From contig NC_068982.1 in NCBI RefSeq assembly GCF_001194135.2, positions 104,846,991-104,910,990 on the forward strand: 64,000 nt of DNA. Direction: 5' to 3'. A model generated the notes under the pieces. That model was not told where the DNA came from. It saw nothing but the letters and a program-made list of their open reading frames with translations, and did not search any database. The DNA is from Octopus bimaculoides. Lineage: Eukaryota. The first letter of the stretch is position 1. Each line of letters opens with the position of its first letter. This document shows, in pieces, positions 14,220 to 27,608 of this stretch. The position numbers were made by a program, and so were the translations under genes.

Positions 14220-15190
14220 TCAGTGGCCATCTAGAACTAGTGATATAGAACATGGTAAAGTTAACATCTCTCTTGAGGAGTTCGAAGGTTATGGCTGCAG
14301 GAAAAACAAGTGCAGTAAATAAATACCAGAAGATTCATATATCAAAGAAGAAGGTCTGAAAAGTGGTTAGTGCAGGGTCTAAGAGTAGGATGTTAACACA
14401 ACATGGGTGACAAATAAGTTAGATGGGCCTGAATAGAAGTGACATGAGAGCAATCAAGCCCAAGGAGCAAATGCCATTGTAAGTATCAGTACAAAGTAGA
14501 GTGGGGAGAACAGCATATTTGTGAGGCAAAGGCTGGCGTGTGTTTGTTGGTGAGTGACTACATGCTAATGAGTGGAGGTGCAATGGCCCAGTGGTTAGGG
14601 CAGCGGACTCGCAGTCATAGGATCGTGGTTTCGATTCCCAGACCGGGCGTTGTGAGTGTTTATTGAGCGAAAACACCTAAAGCTCCACGAGGCTCCGGCA
14701 GGGGATGGTGGCGAACCCTGCTGTACTCTTCCACCACAACTTTCTCTCACTCTTACTTCCTGTTTCTGTTGTGCCTGTAATTCAAAGGGTCAGCCTTGTC
14801 ACACTGTCACGCTGAATATCCCCGAGAACTACGTTAAGGGTACACGTGTCTGTGGAGTGCTCAGCCACTTGCACGTTAATTTGTTGAGCAGGCTGTTCCG
14901 TTGATCGGATCAACTGGAACCCTCGATGTCGTAAGCGACGGAGTGCCAACAACAACAACATGCTAATGAAGAATTGAGCAAAGTGTTTAGTTCAAGGCTT
15001 GGTTGAACTGAGATGCTGCAAGAGTTATGAATGGCGGAAAGATAAGGACATCAAATGAGCTGGGGTGGAGTTGATATTTCAGGTGTTGTTCAGATAGGAG
15101 AAGAAACAGTATGTTTGTGAAGTAATGGTTATAGTGTGTTAACGAGTGAATCTTTACAGATCAGCTGAACAACTTTCTTTAGATATGTGA
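14220..15190 (-). mobile_element. CR1/Jockey-type LINE 3' fragment interrupted by SINE A
   Basis: Minus-strand remnants YNGICS..L...H...V and W....VFP....F....N, typical of that ORF2 end; many stops. Confidence 0.5.
14572..14958 (+). mobile_element. SINE family A, full length, inserted in a LINE fragment
   Basis: Same structure as 8112; TSD ACATGCTAATGA. Confidence 0.9.
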
Positions 15191-16158
15191 ACAGTACTTG
15201 AGCTTTTAAAAGTTAAGCAACTGATCAGAGCTGAAGTATTTTCTGTCCCTCCCCACCTTGAACACAAAACTAGTCATCCTGATCTTGTTTTAGCAAAGCC
15301 ATGCCTGTATGAATAGTTAGCTTCAACAAAGCTGACTGGCATGACAATAACATTCATTCACAGCATCCATGTGTAATTGCAATATCAACGACCACATTTT
15401 TATCATTTTCTTTGCAACAATAATTACAGTTGTTATATTTTTTTGAAAGTACTACTTCATATCTATTTTTCCAAATGAAAATAGCAAGAAGGTATGTAAA
15501 CTGATGAGTATTCTTACAGTCTCAAATGATATTATTATTGAAAGTAAGTATAATACAATATGCACCAAAAGATGAGTTACACATGTCAAAGCACCTTCCT
15601 TTTTTAATAATAATATAGTGTCTAAAAATGAATGTAATGGAAGGGGCTTTTTTTTGTTCACATGTTTTAATGTTTATTTTTCCATGTCTGCATGGGTTAG
15701 GTGAATACATTACTGAGACAATGTTTTACAGCTAGATGCAGTGGCATGTCATAGGTTTTGGCTACTCAGCAGTAGCCAAACTGGTTGCCCTTTTCTTAAA
15801 TGTAGCATACCTCTGGCTACAGCAAATGTTAAGAAGGTAGTTTCTGAAGTCATAAAGTGGTTGGTATTAGGACATCCAGCTGTAGAAACCACACCAAAAC
15901 AGACATTGGAGTTCAACAGTCTCCTGACCTGCTGGATTCTGTCAAACTGTTCAACCCATGCCAGCATGGATTACAGACACTAAATGATGATGACGTTCTC
16001 ATAGCACAGAATAAATATCAATGTAACAAATTCTATTGCTATGTAGGAAATGGCCTTTTAGAAAATGTAAGGAATAGTTAAATATAGTGTACTTTGTGCA
16101 AGTAATGGATTATAGTCAGTATTTTAGATGTTGATGTATAGGAATAATTGTGGAAAAA

Positions 16159-16541
16159 GTGGAGGCGCAATGGCACAGTGGTTAGGGCAGCAGACTCGCG
16201 GTCATAGGATTGTGGTTTCGATTCCAAGACCGGGCATTGTGAGTGTTTATTGAGCAAAAACACCTAAAGCTCCACGAGGCTCCAGCAGGGGATGGTGGCA
16301 AACCCTGCTGTACTCTTTCACCACAACTTTCTCTCACTCTTTCTTCCTGTTTCTGTTGTGCCTGTAATTCAGAGGGTCAGTCTTGTCACACTGTGTCACA
16401 CTGAATATCCCGAGAGCTACGTTAAGGGTACACGTGTCTGTGGAGTGCTCAGCCACTTGCACGTTAATTTCACGAGCAGGCTGTTCCGTTAATTGGATCA
16501 ACTGGAACCCTCGATGTCGTAAGTGACAGAGTGCCAACTAA
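16159..16541 (+). mobile_element. SINE family A, full length
   Basis: Same head, body and tail; TSD-like TATAGGAA(A)TAATT. Confidence 0.9.
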
Positions 16542-16699
16542 CTATAGGAATAATTAGCTGATAGGATGTCCCTAAAATGAGGCAAATAAATTGCTCAGAT
16601 AACCCACCTGACATAACTTATAGATTTCAGTTAATTAAATGGTCTAATTAGTACATGAAGTAGATGGAGAGAAAGTCCAGAAGTTACAATAAAGAAAAG

Positions 16700-16990
16700 A
16701 TGAAAGAAATATAAAGGATTGTTGCCTCTGATGATAACACAGAGTTTCTCTTATGTGTAAGGTGTGCAGAATGTATGTATAGTAGTAAGTATGAGAGACA
16801 ACTGTGCTGGTGTAGACATAATTCAAGTGGACAATGAATACTGGATGAAAAATTGTCATATTCTGTTGGTGGAAAATGAAGATAAAATGTAATAAACATA
16901 TGTAAAGAAGCAAGACGAGCAAATGCTAGGTTTCAGAGAGGAGATAATAGAAGACTAAGACAAACGGCAGATCTGTTCAACTCATTAACT
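16700..16990 (+). mobile_element. Old RTE-type LINE fragment
   Basis: RQLCW.RH / VDNEYWMKNCH.L.VE resembles RLRWYGHV.RMD.E.WVKKC..L.VE. Confidence 0.4.
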
Positions 16991-17366
16991 GATGCCAGTA
17001 TAAAGAAATGGATATTTCAACATAAATGATGACTTAGTTATGCATACACACACATATGATTTTATATCTATTTATCCATATTAACAAATATAGAAAGTTG
17101 GATTTTGTGGAAGCAAAATACTTTAAAATGGGTGGTACTATTTATCCCCAGATCACCTTTAATCAAGTAGTTCTACTATCAAAGATGTTTCACCTGAAAT
17201 CATTTCATCATTTTGTATATCTAGGACTATATTGGTTTAAGTAAACTTCCTATTATGATTTGAGAGTTTTTCCAATTACTGACCACTGAACTAAAAAGTG
17301 AGAAGTGACAAATGGACAGAAACAAAGGACAAAAGAAAATGGATATTGTAAGGTTAGGAGTCAATA

Positions 17367-17639
17367 GTTGTTGTTGGCACTCCGTCACTTACGACGTCAA
17401 GGGTTCCAGTTGATCCAATCAACGGAACAGCATGACGTACAGACACAACAAAAACAGGAAGAAAGAGAAAGTTGAGGTGAAAGAGTACAGCAGGGTTCGC
17501 CACCATCCCCTGCCGGAGCCTCGTGGAGCTTTAGGTGTTTTTGCTCAATAAACACTCACAACGCCCGGTCTGCGAATCGAAACCGCGATCCTATGACCGC
17601 GAGTCTGCTGCCCTAACCACTGGGCCATTGCGCCTCCAC
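17367..17639 (-). mobile_element. SINE family A with internal deletion
   Basis: Reverse complement of family A lacking about 110 nt of the body; TSD AGGAGTCAA(T/C)AG. Confidence 0.85.
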
Positions 17640-18574
17640 AGGAGTCAACAGCTAAACTGCAAAACTACTCAGTATTATTGATAAGGGTGGTAGCTTAACA
17701 TGGCACTCAGTTTAATACGATCACCTGAATTCTCTAAATTTAGTGAAGTTCACTTTACTATAAACATTCAAACAAGATATCCCCCCCACTTCTCTTTCCG
17801 AGCAGATTTTTTCCTGCAGACATTGACCAGCAGGTGTTCAAGCTGAGCACCAGCTGCATAAATTTCAACAGTCTGAGAGTGCCTGTAGGGTCATGAGCTC
17901 TCACTTTTCCTCTTCTACTGGCTATCTTAATAAAATAAAAAATTTAAAAAAAAAAATAAAAAAAACCCACAAAGGTTTGTGTAATATTTTGTTCTGAACA
18001 ACACAGACATTTATATTACATATAAACAACTAATATGATAGAAAAATCTGTGAACCAAATAACAAAAAAAACCCCAAAAAACATTGAATTACCAAAGCAA
18101 TAAAATCACTAACTTGTTTACAAGTTCAAGAACATTTAGCATCACTCAATAACTATTTTTAGTTCCAAAATAACTCTTTTTCATTGCTCTTAGAGTCTTT
18201 CATTTTGTAAAAAGTAAATTTTGATAGAAGCAATTTGGTTTGTCACGAAATTCCTTCAATGTTCAATTTTATTCTATTTATTTATGTATTTATTTATTTA
18301 TTACATCTATTTCTCTATGCATGCACAGAATGGAGAAATAATAAATTTGAATATTTTTGGATTTTCTTAGAACCAAATATTTGATGTTGTAATGGTAGGC
18401 ACTCTTTCAAAATGCCAATTGCATTCTCCTGACAATTCCGGCGTTTTTGATCTAAGTGTTATATTGACCAAAGTTTTGAGCAGAAGAGCAAAATTCTATA
18501 TATACTTCCATATGATAAATTATAGAGGAGTAAAGATTTATTGAACAAAAACATCATCTTTTATATATTTTCCT

Positions 18575-18945
18575 TTTGTTCTTTTACTTGTTTCAGTCAT
18601 TTGACTGTGGCCATGCTGGAGCACCACCTTTAGTCGAACAAATTGACTCCAGGACTTATTCTCTGTAAGCCTAGTTATTCTATAGGTCTCTTTTGCTAAA
18701 CCACTAAGTTACAGGAATGTAAACACACCAACATTGGCTGTCAAGCGATGGTGGTGGGGGACAAACACAGACACACAAATACATATACAACAGGCTTCTT
18801 TCAGTTTCTATCAACCAAATCCACTTACAAGGCCTTGGTCGGCCCGAGGCTATAGCAGAAGACACTTGCCCAAGGTGCCACGCAGTGGGACTGAACCTGG
18901 AACCATTTGATTGGGAAGCAAACTTCTTACCACTCGTCCATGCCT
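18575..18945 (-). mobile_element. SINE family B
   Basis: Colinear with the 6579 copy. Confidence 0.85.
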
Positions 18946-20189
18946 ATACCTAGGATTAAACTTAAATATTTATAACCTATGATGTTTCAGTACATTTATC
19001 AATTCTACACATACACTCTTATGGGATAGGAACATGCTGACTTTAATGCTATTTAAACTAATTTGGGGGAAAGAGTGATAGATTAGCTATGTAGACCTTG
19101 TACCCAACATGGTCAATGTTTACTAAAATACAGTAAATAATCATTGAGCTTGATACTTTCTTCTTGTTCTAAACGAATACTGTGTATAAGAACACATGGT
19201 GAATTGCGATGAAGCCTTGTGAGTTTAATCAAAGGGAATGTATATACATGTAACAATAGAGCACCTGAAAAGGTAAACAAAATGTGGTGTGCATAGCATC
19301 GCTGTTACTAAAAGTGAAGTTAGTACCACCATCAATTTGTAAGGCTCTGGATGCAGCTACATGTCTACCCCACTGAATAGTTTCTAAAGAAGTAAAGAGT
19401 TTGAACAGAATGAAGAATATTGTAAGATACTGGGTGGGTGTAAGGTGATTTATGGCTACATCTTATAGTTTAAATGCATTAATCAGATGAATCTACATCA
19501 ACACACACATACATATACAGAACAGAGATGATGTAGCTGGTCAAAAAGCTAATTAGGTATTTCAGTTTCCTATCTCAAATTCTATCATCAGGTCCGACAT
19601 CTCCATTCATCTCCCTACACTTGATAATATAAATTAATACTAGTAATGATAAAATGAATACTACTTCACTCAATTGACTCCACACTGATTCAACAGACTG
19701 TACACACTGACTCAATTCACTATATATATATTTTTCTTTTCTCTTCCAATGCTGCATATTCAGTTATGGACATAGTTGCTATGATGCCATAGAGTAAAAT
19801 GTTAACAGTTGGGTGGTTCCTTGTTGTATTCTAGTAATGGAAGAATATTTCTGCCTTTATAGAAACTCTCTGACACTTCTACAGTAATAATATTTTAGTA
19901 AGTTGATCAGGTAATTGGTATTACCTTCTCATGTATCATGAACTTGAATTCACTACATACTTTTCATTACATGAGCAGGGTAATTACTTAACTCACATTC
20001 TTCAATTTATATAAATGCAAGATAAAGATACCATGTCTTATGAAATGACAGATGAGTCCCTCCCAAAATTTAATATACTGAAATTTTTATATATAGAACA
20101 ATCAAGCCCAATTAGCATGTTAGTTACAAAGTCTTTAAACTGTGGTATGTTGTTAACTATGATATACTGATGAACTAGCCAAAAGGAGA

Positions 20190-20416
20190 TTAAGGTCCTT
20201 GAGCATTTAAACTGGCCATCTCTGGCCCAGATATTCTAAATGTTTTATATCTAGACTGGCCACATCCAGCCTCTCACATCTACACTACAATATCAGTCTA
20301 AAAAAAAAAAATCACATCGTTGAAATCTCAAAGCTATGAGACAATGCAAGAATAATCTAAAAATGTGAATATATAAACATTACATTTGACAGAGTAATCT
20401 GAATGCTAAAGGGTTT
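20190..20416. mobile_element. piggyBac-like MITE, degenerate
   Basis: Right end AATGCTAAAGGG followed by TTTA, left end TTAA-ggtCCTTGAGCATT; fits TTAA|CCC(T)TTAGCATT-type termini. Confidence 0.5.
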
Positions 20417-23400
20417 AAGACATTTAAATCCGTATACTACATGTTCATTGGTTAGGATATCATATCCTACTGCCAACATTCCCTTATTTGACAATTCTGC
20501 ATGCTCAGATTATCCAGTTAGCTATCATCATCATCATTTAATGTCCACTTTTCCATGCTTGCTTGCATGGGTCAAATGAAACTTGCTGAGGCAAATTTTC
20601 CATGGCTAGGTGTTCTACCTGCTGCCAATCCTCACCTGTTTCTAAGCAAAGTTATATTTCCTCAGACAAAGACACACACACACAAAGACATATGTGATGG
20701 GCTTCTTTCAGCTTCCAACAACCAAATCTACTCATAAGGCTTTGGTCAACTTAGGGCTATAGTAGAAGACACTTGGCCAAGGTGCCATGCAGTGGGCTTG
20801 AAACTGAGACCACATGCACAGGAAGCAAATATCTTAACCACAAAGCCAGGAAAAAATTATGGAGAAACCTAATTAGAGGAAATTTGTCTATCAAGAACTT
20901 AATGCTACAGAAGATAAATGAAATTAGTTGCTGCAATAATTAGTAATATCTATGACATGTTTCACTTAAGAAATAGAATCACAACAATTAAGTGACACTA
21001 GATAAACATAGGTATCAAAAGTGTATGGGGGGGGGGTATGATAAGTAATCCCTCTGTTTTCACATCTAATAATACACACTTAGAAAGAAAGATTAAGTCA
21101 TGCTGTGGTTGTAACATGTATGAAAATAGTTCAAAGTTTGTTTGCTTATTTCTGAATAAAAGCATGGTAGCACACCCTGTGACACCAGCCTCCATATACC
21201 ACTGGTAGATACTTGGAAATCTAACACTAGTATTTGTAGAAACAGATTAGTATTAGTATCTGAGTATTTGTAGAAATTGTTTGGTTACTGAGCTAAGCAC
21301 ATTTTAACATTTTTATCTTTCATCCTACTAAATATTCAACAACTTTCATGTTTTTTTCCCCAAAAATAGACACTGGCATTAATAATAGGTGTAAAAAAGT
21401 GTTTTACAGCAAAGAACATTATTAAAATTGATAGCAAAGATACCAAAACTAATCTCAACATCTGAGAAGTATTGTAAAGACATCAGTTTCAATGTGTAGG
21501 ATGCTTCAATCTCTTGATAACATGGCACCAACTAAAAGCAGTAAAATCCACCAGAACATCAATTGAATAAATATCTTACTTCTTTACCAGCAGATATGAA
21601 ATACATAGGTAAAAGGATGTATCGATTACTCTTCAAAATCCATTAATGCAGAGCACAGATTTAATAGAAAGTTTTAATGTAATACTAAAACCTGAGGTCT
21701 TTTCTACCACTATTACATTCGTCTGTTATCCTAAAATTGCTGATCACACAACCAACTCTAGTTAAACATCTCTTGCTATCCTCATTGTCTCACATCCCCA
21801 GTTACTTAAGAGAAAAACTTCTAATTAATTCATTCCTCTCAAAAAGTGTTCACTTCTAGCCTGTGTTTACTGCAAACTATTTTCAACAAGCCAAACTAAA
21901 TTTTAACCATACTGAATATTATTCTGTTATCTGTATCCCTGCCATTGGTCTAGGAGTATCTGAAAAGGCTATGGGCTTTACCATTGTTTTTCAGAAACTA
22001 AATAGTGCACATTTGACCAAGTTGATGGGATACTGGAAAACTAGTGAAGAGGTCCATAATTTGTTAGCAGCACTGTATCAGTTGCTGATGTACTCATCAA
22101 ATCCATTTTGTAAGTGAAGTGGTGGTGAAATTCATTGCTATAAGCTACAATGAAGATACATAAGTGATTCTTATTCATTGGTGTACAGTTCTGCAATTCT
22201 GCCCACAAGGAAATCTACCTGTGATAGGGTATCAGTACCTTATCCAAGAAGAGGTACATCTTTCATCCACTTAGTGCTTGAAAAAGTGAAGATAAACATC
22301 ACATTGCAGAGATCCATGAGATTTCAAAGGGGAATTGAAAGAAAAAAATGTTTATCCACAACCCAGAAGCCTCTGGTCTTTAAACCAAGCACCAGAAATT
22401 GTTTATGCAGAAAATTTATGAATTTCTTGAGTATATTTAAGTCAGAGAAGCCATATGGGATCTGGAGTCTCTAAGGATAGGGGAGCTTTTTAGCGACCTT
22501 AAATTATATAAATAAACAAACTGTAAAGTTATATTAAAAGTCAGTTAGCAGTTGTGGAGTGTTATATTTGACTCCTAAACAGTCATATCAGGTTTCCTTA
22601 TGTTGAAACCAAACAACTCGTGAATTCAGAATGGAATACCTCATTAGAACAGATTAGTAGTCATAAAAATGTTTATTTAGTATAAAATAAATACTTTCAT
22701 TGCTAACAACAATTACTTAACAAGTTAATATCTAATAGTGTTACTGATAAATGAGATTTAAAAAAAATATAAACAGAGGTTCAGTGGCTGTGAAGTTATG
22801 GTAGTAAGCTGTTAATCCCATGGTTCATGTGTTCAAACCTTGCTATAGCCATTGCTGGGTGTGTCTTTAGGTTTGTCTCAGTGTAATGTAGATGACAATA
22901 AGTCTTTACAAATAAAAGGGTAAAGGATTATTAATTTATTAATAAATTATTAATTAATAATTTTTACCAAGCACTTCGGTATGTAAACACCATTATCGGT
23001 AAAGAACTTATTTAAAAGTTCTTTTAAATTTGATCCCTTAATTATGATGACAATAAGTCTTTTTTTTTTTTTGGTTCATACATTAATGAAATGGTGAAGT
23101 TGTGGGGCTTAATGCTTAGGGTGTTAGACTCATGATTGCAAGATTGTGGCTTCAATTCCTAGACAGGCAGCATGTTGTGTTCTGGAGCAAAACGCTTCAT
23201 TTTACATTGTACTCATCCACTTGGCTGTAAATGGACTGGCATTCTGTTTTGGGGGAATGTTAGCCAGCCTGCCCAGTCAGCAGGGTAGCATCATTCAAAA
23301 GCCACAAGAATGTGAGGAAGCGCACAGTGATCAGCAGTGTATAACAACATCCCATAGTCTTGTCAACAGAGTGATACAGAGACATTAATGAAAAGATAAG

Positions 23401-23552
23401 AAGAGAGCCTAGATATGATAAATTACTTCAACAAACAAGCAAATATCTAAAAATCCCAACATCTGAAAATGATTTTAGTTATGAAAAACTAAGCAATATA
23501 ACATTTTTAACCTGGTGTTTTTCACAGTTCTTAGTAGAGATCCATGAGATTT

Positions 23553-23878
23553 CAGGTGGTTCTCAACCATTTTTTTACCTATGGACCCTTTTGATTACTA
23601 TTCTATTTTGGTGGACCCCCTATAGCCATTTGATGTTTAAAATCTAGTTTTATAGATATTTCTTTCAAAATTACTATTTTGCTTTTCACACTTTAACTTG
23701 TGTAGTTTGAACTATGTAAAATGTTAGAGAAAGAAACCTAGCTGTTTCTTGCAATAAATACATCTAAATTGAATTTTTTCATGGACCCTTAAAATACTGC
23801 TTGTGGATCCCCCCAATTTACTATTTTACTTGTGTGGACCTCCAAAAATCTTATATGGACCCCAGGGGCTATATGGAT
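23553..23878. mobile_element. hAT-like MITE, right end lost at the SINE-tail palindrome
   Basis: Starts CAGGTGGTTCTCAACC and shares internal sequence with the 30756 copy. Confidence 0.55.
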
Positions 23879-23880
23879 TC

Positions 23881-24106
23881 TCTTTTACTCTTTTACTTGT
23901 TTCAGTCATTTGACTGCGGCCATGCTGGAGCACCGCCTTTTAGTCGAGAAAATCGACCCCAGGACTTTTTCTTTGGAAGCCTAGTACTTATTCTATCGGT
24001 ACTAGGCTTCCAAGGAATAAGTCCTGGGGTCGATTTTCTCGACTAAAGGTGGTGCTCCAGCATGGCCACAGTCAAATGACTGAAACAAGTAAAAGAGTAA
24101 AAAGAG
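23881..24106. repeat. Head-to-head palindrome of two SINE-B 3' ends
   Basis: Arms 23881-23987 and 23999-24106 (about 5 differences); 11-nt loop TTATTCTATCG. Confidence 0.95.
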
Positions 24107-24117
24107 AGTATACATTG

Positions 24118-24397
24118 TTGTATTTTGGGATGGTCAATCTCTTTTTTTTTTTTGTCAAATAAACACACTCACTATATATTCGTTCTTCACTCATTTATTA
24201 CTGTTCTTATTCTAACTCATGTTCATTGTCCGACACATCAAAGAAGAACAGAATGGAATAAGCAGAGCAAGAGCACACATGAAGACGGCAAATGTCACTG
24301 AGGAGGTCACAGATGTGTGACGAAAGATTTGGACTTGAGTTAGAATAAGAACAGTAATAAACAAGTGAAGAACAAATATATAGTGTGTGTTCATTTG

Positions 24398-24431
<34 letters not shown>

Positions 24432-24447
24432 TCATCCCAAAATACAA
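24118..24447. mobile_element. Long-TIR fold-back MITE (about 100-bp arms)
   Basis: 24118-24219 is the reverse complement of 24336-24447 apart from the length of a poly(T)/poly(A) run. Confidence 0.7.
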
Positions 24448-24524
24448 AACTATCCGTTTCAACACACGACTTCACATAAGAAATCTTGCAACACAAATTC
24501 ATAAACAATATATCTCTCTCTCTC

Positions 24525-24897
24525 TCTTTTACTCTTTTATTTGTTTCAGTCATTTGACTGCGGCCATGCTGGGGCACCGCCTTTTAGTTGAGCAAATCGA
24601 CCCCAGGACTTATTCTTTGTAAGCCTAGTACTTATTCTATCAGTCCCTTTTTGCCGAACCACTAAGTTACGGGGACGTAAACACACCAGCCTCGGNNNNN
24701 NNNNNNNNNNNNNNNNNNNNNNNNNNNNNNNNATACGACGGGCTTCTTTCAATTTCCGTCTACCAAATCCACTCACAAGGCTTTGGTCGGCCCGAGGCTA
24801 TAGTAGAAGACACTTGCCCAAGGTGCCACACAGTGGGACTGAACCCAGAACCATGTGGTTGGTAAGCAAGCTACTTACCACACAGCCACTCCTGTAC
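24525..24897 (-). mobile_element. SINE family B (N-gap in the internal microsatellite)
   Basis: Colinear with the 6579 copy. Confidence 0.85.
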
Positions 24898-24935
24898 CTA
24901 TATATTTTCAGAATTTGTGCAAATGTGTATAGAAT

Positions 24936-25558
24936 AATATATCAGTTGAATAAAGTTACAAAATGGTCTGGTTTTCATGTTTTTTATTATTGCATTAAAA
25001 AAAAAAATTTCTTTTACAATGTTGAAGTGTGTTAAACAGTAAACAAAATATTTGTAATGTTTATAAAGTTCAATTAGTGCTTTCATACTTCATAGCAATC
25101 ATCAAATTTCAAAATGTATTTAACTGAATTTTTTTAATACAGTTTTAACCAATCAGCATGGAGCTTAAACGTCACAGTTTGCTGGGTGTACAGATATTAC
25201 TGATATATCTATTGTTAATAGGGTGTACCGATATTACCTTTATTTTAACCAATTAGCTTGCAGTTTACATGTATAAGTTTTATGAGTGAGCAAACTTAGT
25301 TGATTACAGTCGTTTTTATTTCAATTGGTGGGAGTCTTCTAAAAGGTGCCAAGAGCTCAACTGTCAGTTAAATACATTTTGAAATCTGATGATTACTACA
25401 AACGTAGGAAAGCCCTAATTGAACTCTATGAACATTACAAACATTTTTTTTTTTTTTTAATGTTAAACACACTTCAACATTGTAAAAAATATTTTAAAAA
25501 TACAATAATAAAAAACATGAAAACCAGACCATGTCATAATTTTATTCAAATGATATAT
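24936..25558. mobile_element. Non-coding fold-back element with about 190-bp inverted arms, resembling a PLE terminal-repeat pair
   Basis: 24936-25127 is the reverse complement of 25364-25558. Each arm carries a CTGATGA...GAAA-type motif and an A-rich AATAAA-like 3' end. No ORF, so the PLE assignment is by analogy. Confidence 0.55.
25383..25420 (+). ncRNA. Candidate degenerate minimal hammerhead motif
   Basis: AAT-CTGATGA-TTAC-tacaaac-GTAG-GAAA-GCCC-TA-ATT. Helix I is only 3 bp and helix II closes with U.G rather than G-C. Confidence 0.3.
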
Positions 25559-26126
25559 ATACACTCACACATGTTAGAGAAACAGGGGGGGGGGGATATG
25601 TAGAGAGACAGTGTGTGTGTTAGTGAACTATATGCAAAGAGAACAGTTGAGGAGTGATTGCAGATTCAGTTGAATAAAGGACACGTGATATCATTACAGC
25701 TGTAGTGGAAGTGTTGTGTGATCAGCTGCCTGGGACTTAGTTTTAGGTTTAGAGGGGAGATAGATAGAAGGCAAGGGAGAGTGGTGGTACAACAGGAAGC
25801 ATTAAGAGTGTGTATGAGTATGCCTGGGGTTGGAGTGATAGGGGAAGGGAACAGTGGCCTGTATGGTGATGGTGGTGGTGGTGGTGGTGGTGCTAGTGTG
25901 TCTAGGGCAAGGCAGCTGATAAAAGGTTCTACCTAAAATAGGAAGTGCTGAATCTGAATACATATAAGACCTGCTATTATAATAACAATAATGATGATTA
26001 TAATAATGATGATGATGATGATGATGGTTGTTGTTGCTGCTGACATTTTATGAATGAAAACCTGAACAAATACCTCTATCACTTGAAGATCAAGTTGAGT
26101 TGGACCCCAGAAACTAAACAAAAATC

Positions 26127-26169
<43 letters not shown>

Positions 26170-26864
26170 TGACAGATGATGATAATGATGTCAACAACAA
26201 TAACAACAAGATTAATAATAATAATAATGAAATTAAAAATAAAAAGAGGGCAATATGTGTGGGTGTAAGCACAGGTGTTCACATTGTGAGAAGAATTGTT
26301 TAAAAAAAAAAAAAAAACTAGGATGGCAATGGTAGGGAGAAGGACATTCTTGACTTCATCCTTTAATTTATGCTGTTGTTACTGGTGTTTGACTCCTTTA
26401 CTATTTCTTCATTATATGCTATAATAGTGCTATACAGTATAAAGATGCACGCTTGTGGCTGTGTGGTTAAGAAGCTCGCTTGCAACCATATGGCTTCAGA
26501 TTCAGTCCTGCATTGTAGTTCTTTTAGCAAGAGTCTTCTATCATAACCCTGGACTACGGTCATGCTGGGGCATTGCCTTAAAGAATTTTTAGTCAAATGA
26601 ATTGTCACCAGTACTTTTTTTGCTTTGTTTTCTAAAGCCTAGTACTTATTCTATCAGTTTCTTTTAACAAACTGCTAAGTTAAGATATAAAAACACCAAC
26701 AACAGTTGTCAAGTGGTGGTGGGGAACAAACACAAAGATATATATACCAACCACATGGTTCCGGGTTCAGTCCCACTGCGTGGCACCTTGGGCAAGTGTC
26801 TTCTACTATAGCCTCGGGCCGACCAAAACCTTGTGAGTGGATATGGTAGACGGAAACTAAATTT

Positions 26865-27608
26865 ATTCAATAAAATCACCATTAGCTTCAACCACAGCCC
26901 CTAGATGACTTTGGAATCTCCTGCAACTCTTCTGGATAGTCTCCTTGTTCAAGTTGGTGAATGCTGCCTTCAGTTCATCTTTGGTGTTACTAGGAGTTTT
27001 GTTGGCCTCTTGCTCAACTGCACCCCACACATAATAATCAAGGTGGGGTTGCAGTCTGGGGAATTAGATGGATAGATGTTAGGGATGATGTGGTCACAGA
27101 AATTGTCTGACAGCCATGACTAGGTTCTCTTGCTTGTGTGGCATGGTGTAGAGTCCTGTTGCTAGACATAGGGTCTTCCAGCAGCCACCCTTTTGATCCA
27201 CCGCGGCACTACCTCCTCCAGGAACTTGATGTAGGCCTCTGTGTTGAGTCTGAGGCTGTGTGGGAAGACGAATGGAGGCATAACGTTGCCATCATTAGCA
27301 ATCACTCCAAACACCGAGATGCTGACTGGATGTTTGATTTTTATCATTCTCAGTACATGCACTGTTCTCAGATTGACACCCGAACACTCTGAAATGTTCA
27401 TATTGGAGCTTCTGGTGTGAATGCCAAGCAGTACAGAATGCCGTTTCCTAATTTCTGGGAGAGTGAATTGTGTCATGGTGCTGTTTTTCTCACAGACAGT
27501 ACCCAACTGACCCAACTATACTGTGTAGTCGACAAAAACGAAAACAAGCAATGTGCATGCATGAAATAAAAAATATAAAATGGTGACACTTTACCCATCG
27601 CACCCTGT
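26865..27608 (-). mobile_element. Internally deleted Tc1/mariner transposon, DD37D (maT-like), pseudogenised
   Basis: Minus-strand reading: QQDSTPCHTSKRT*SWLSDNFCDHIIPNIYPSNSPDCNP, then a frameshift into LDYYVWGAVE (37 residues between the Asp). The 5' end is ACAGGGTGCGATGGG preceded by TA (27609-27610). The N-terminal part is fused to the second half of the catalytic domain. Confidence 0.8.

Noticed and set aside
21860-22480. ORFs 21863-22117 and 22178-22474 as a decayed gene or transposase
   Set aside because: No recognisable motif on either strand; would need a tBLASTx/Dfam search.
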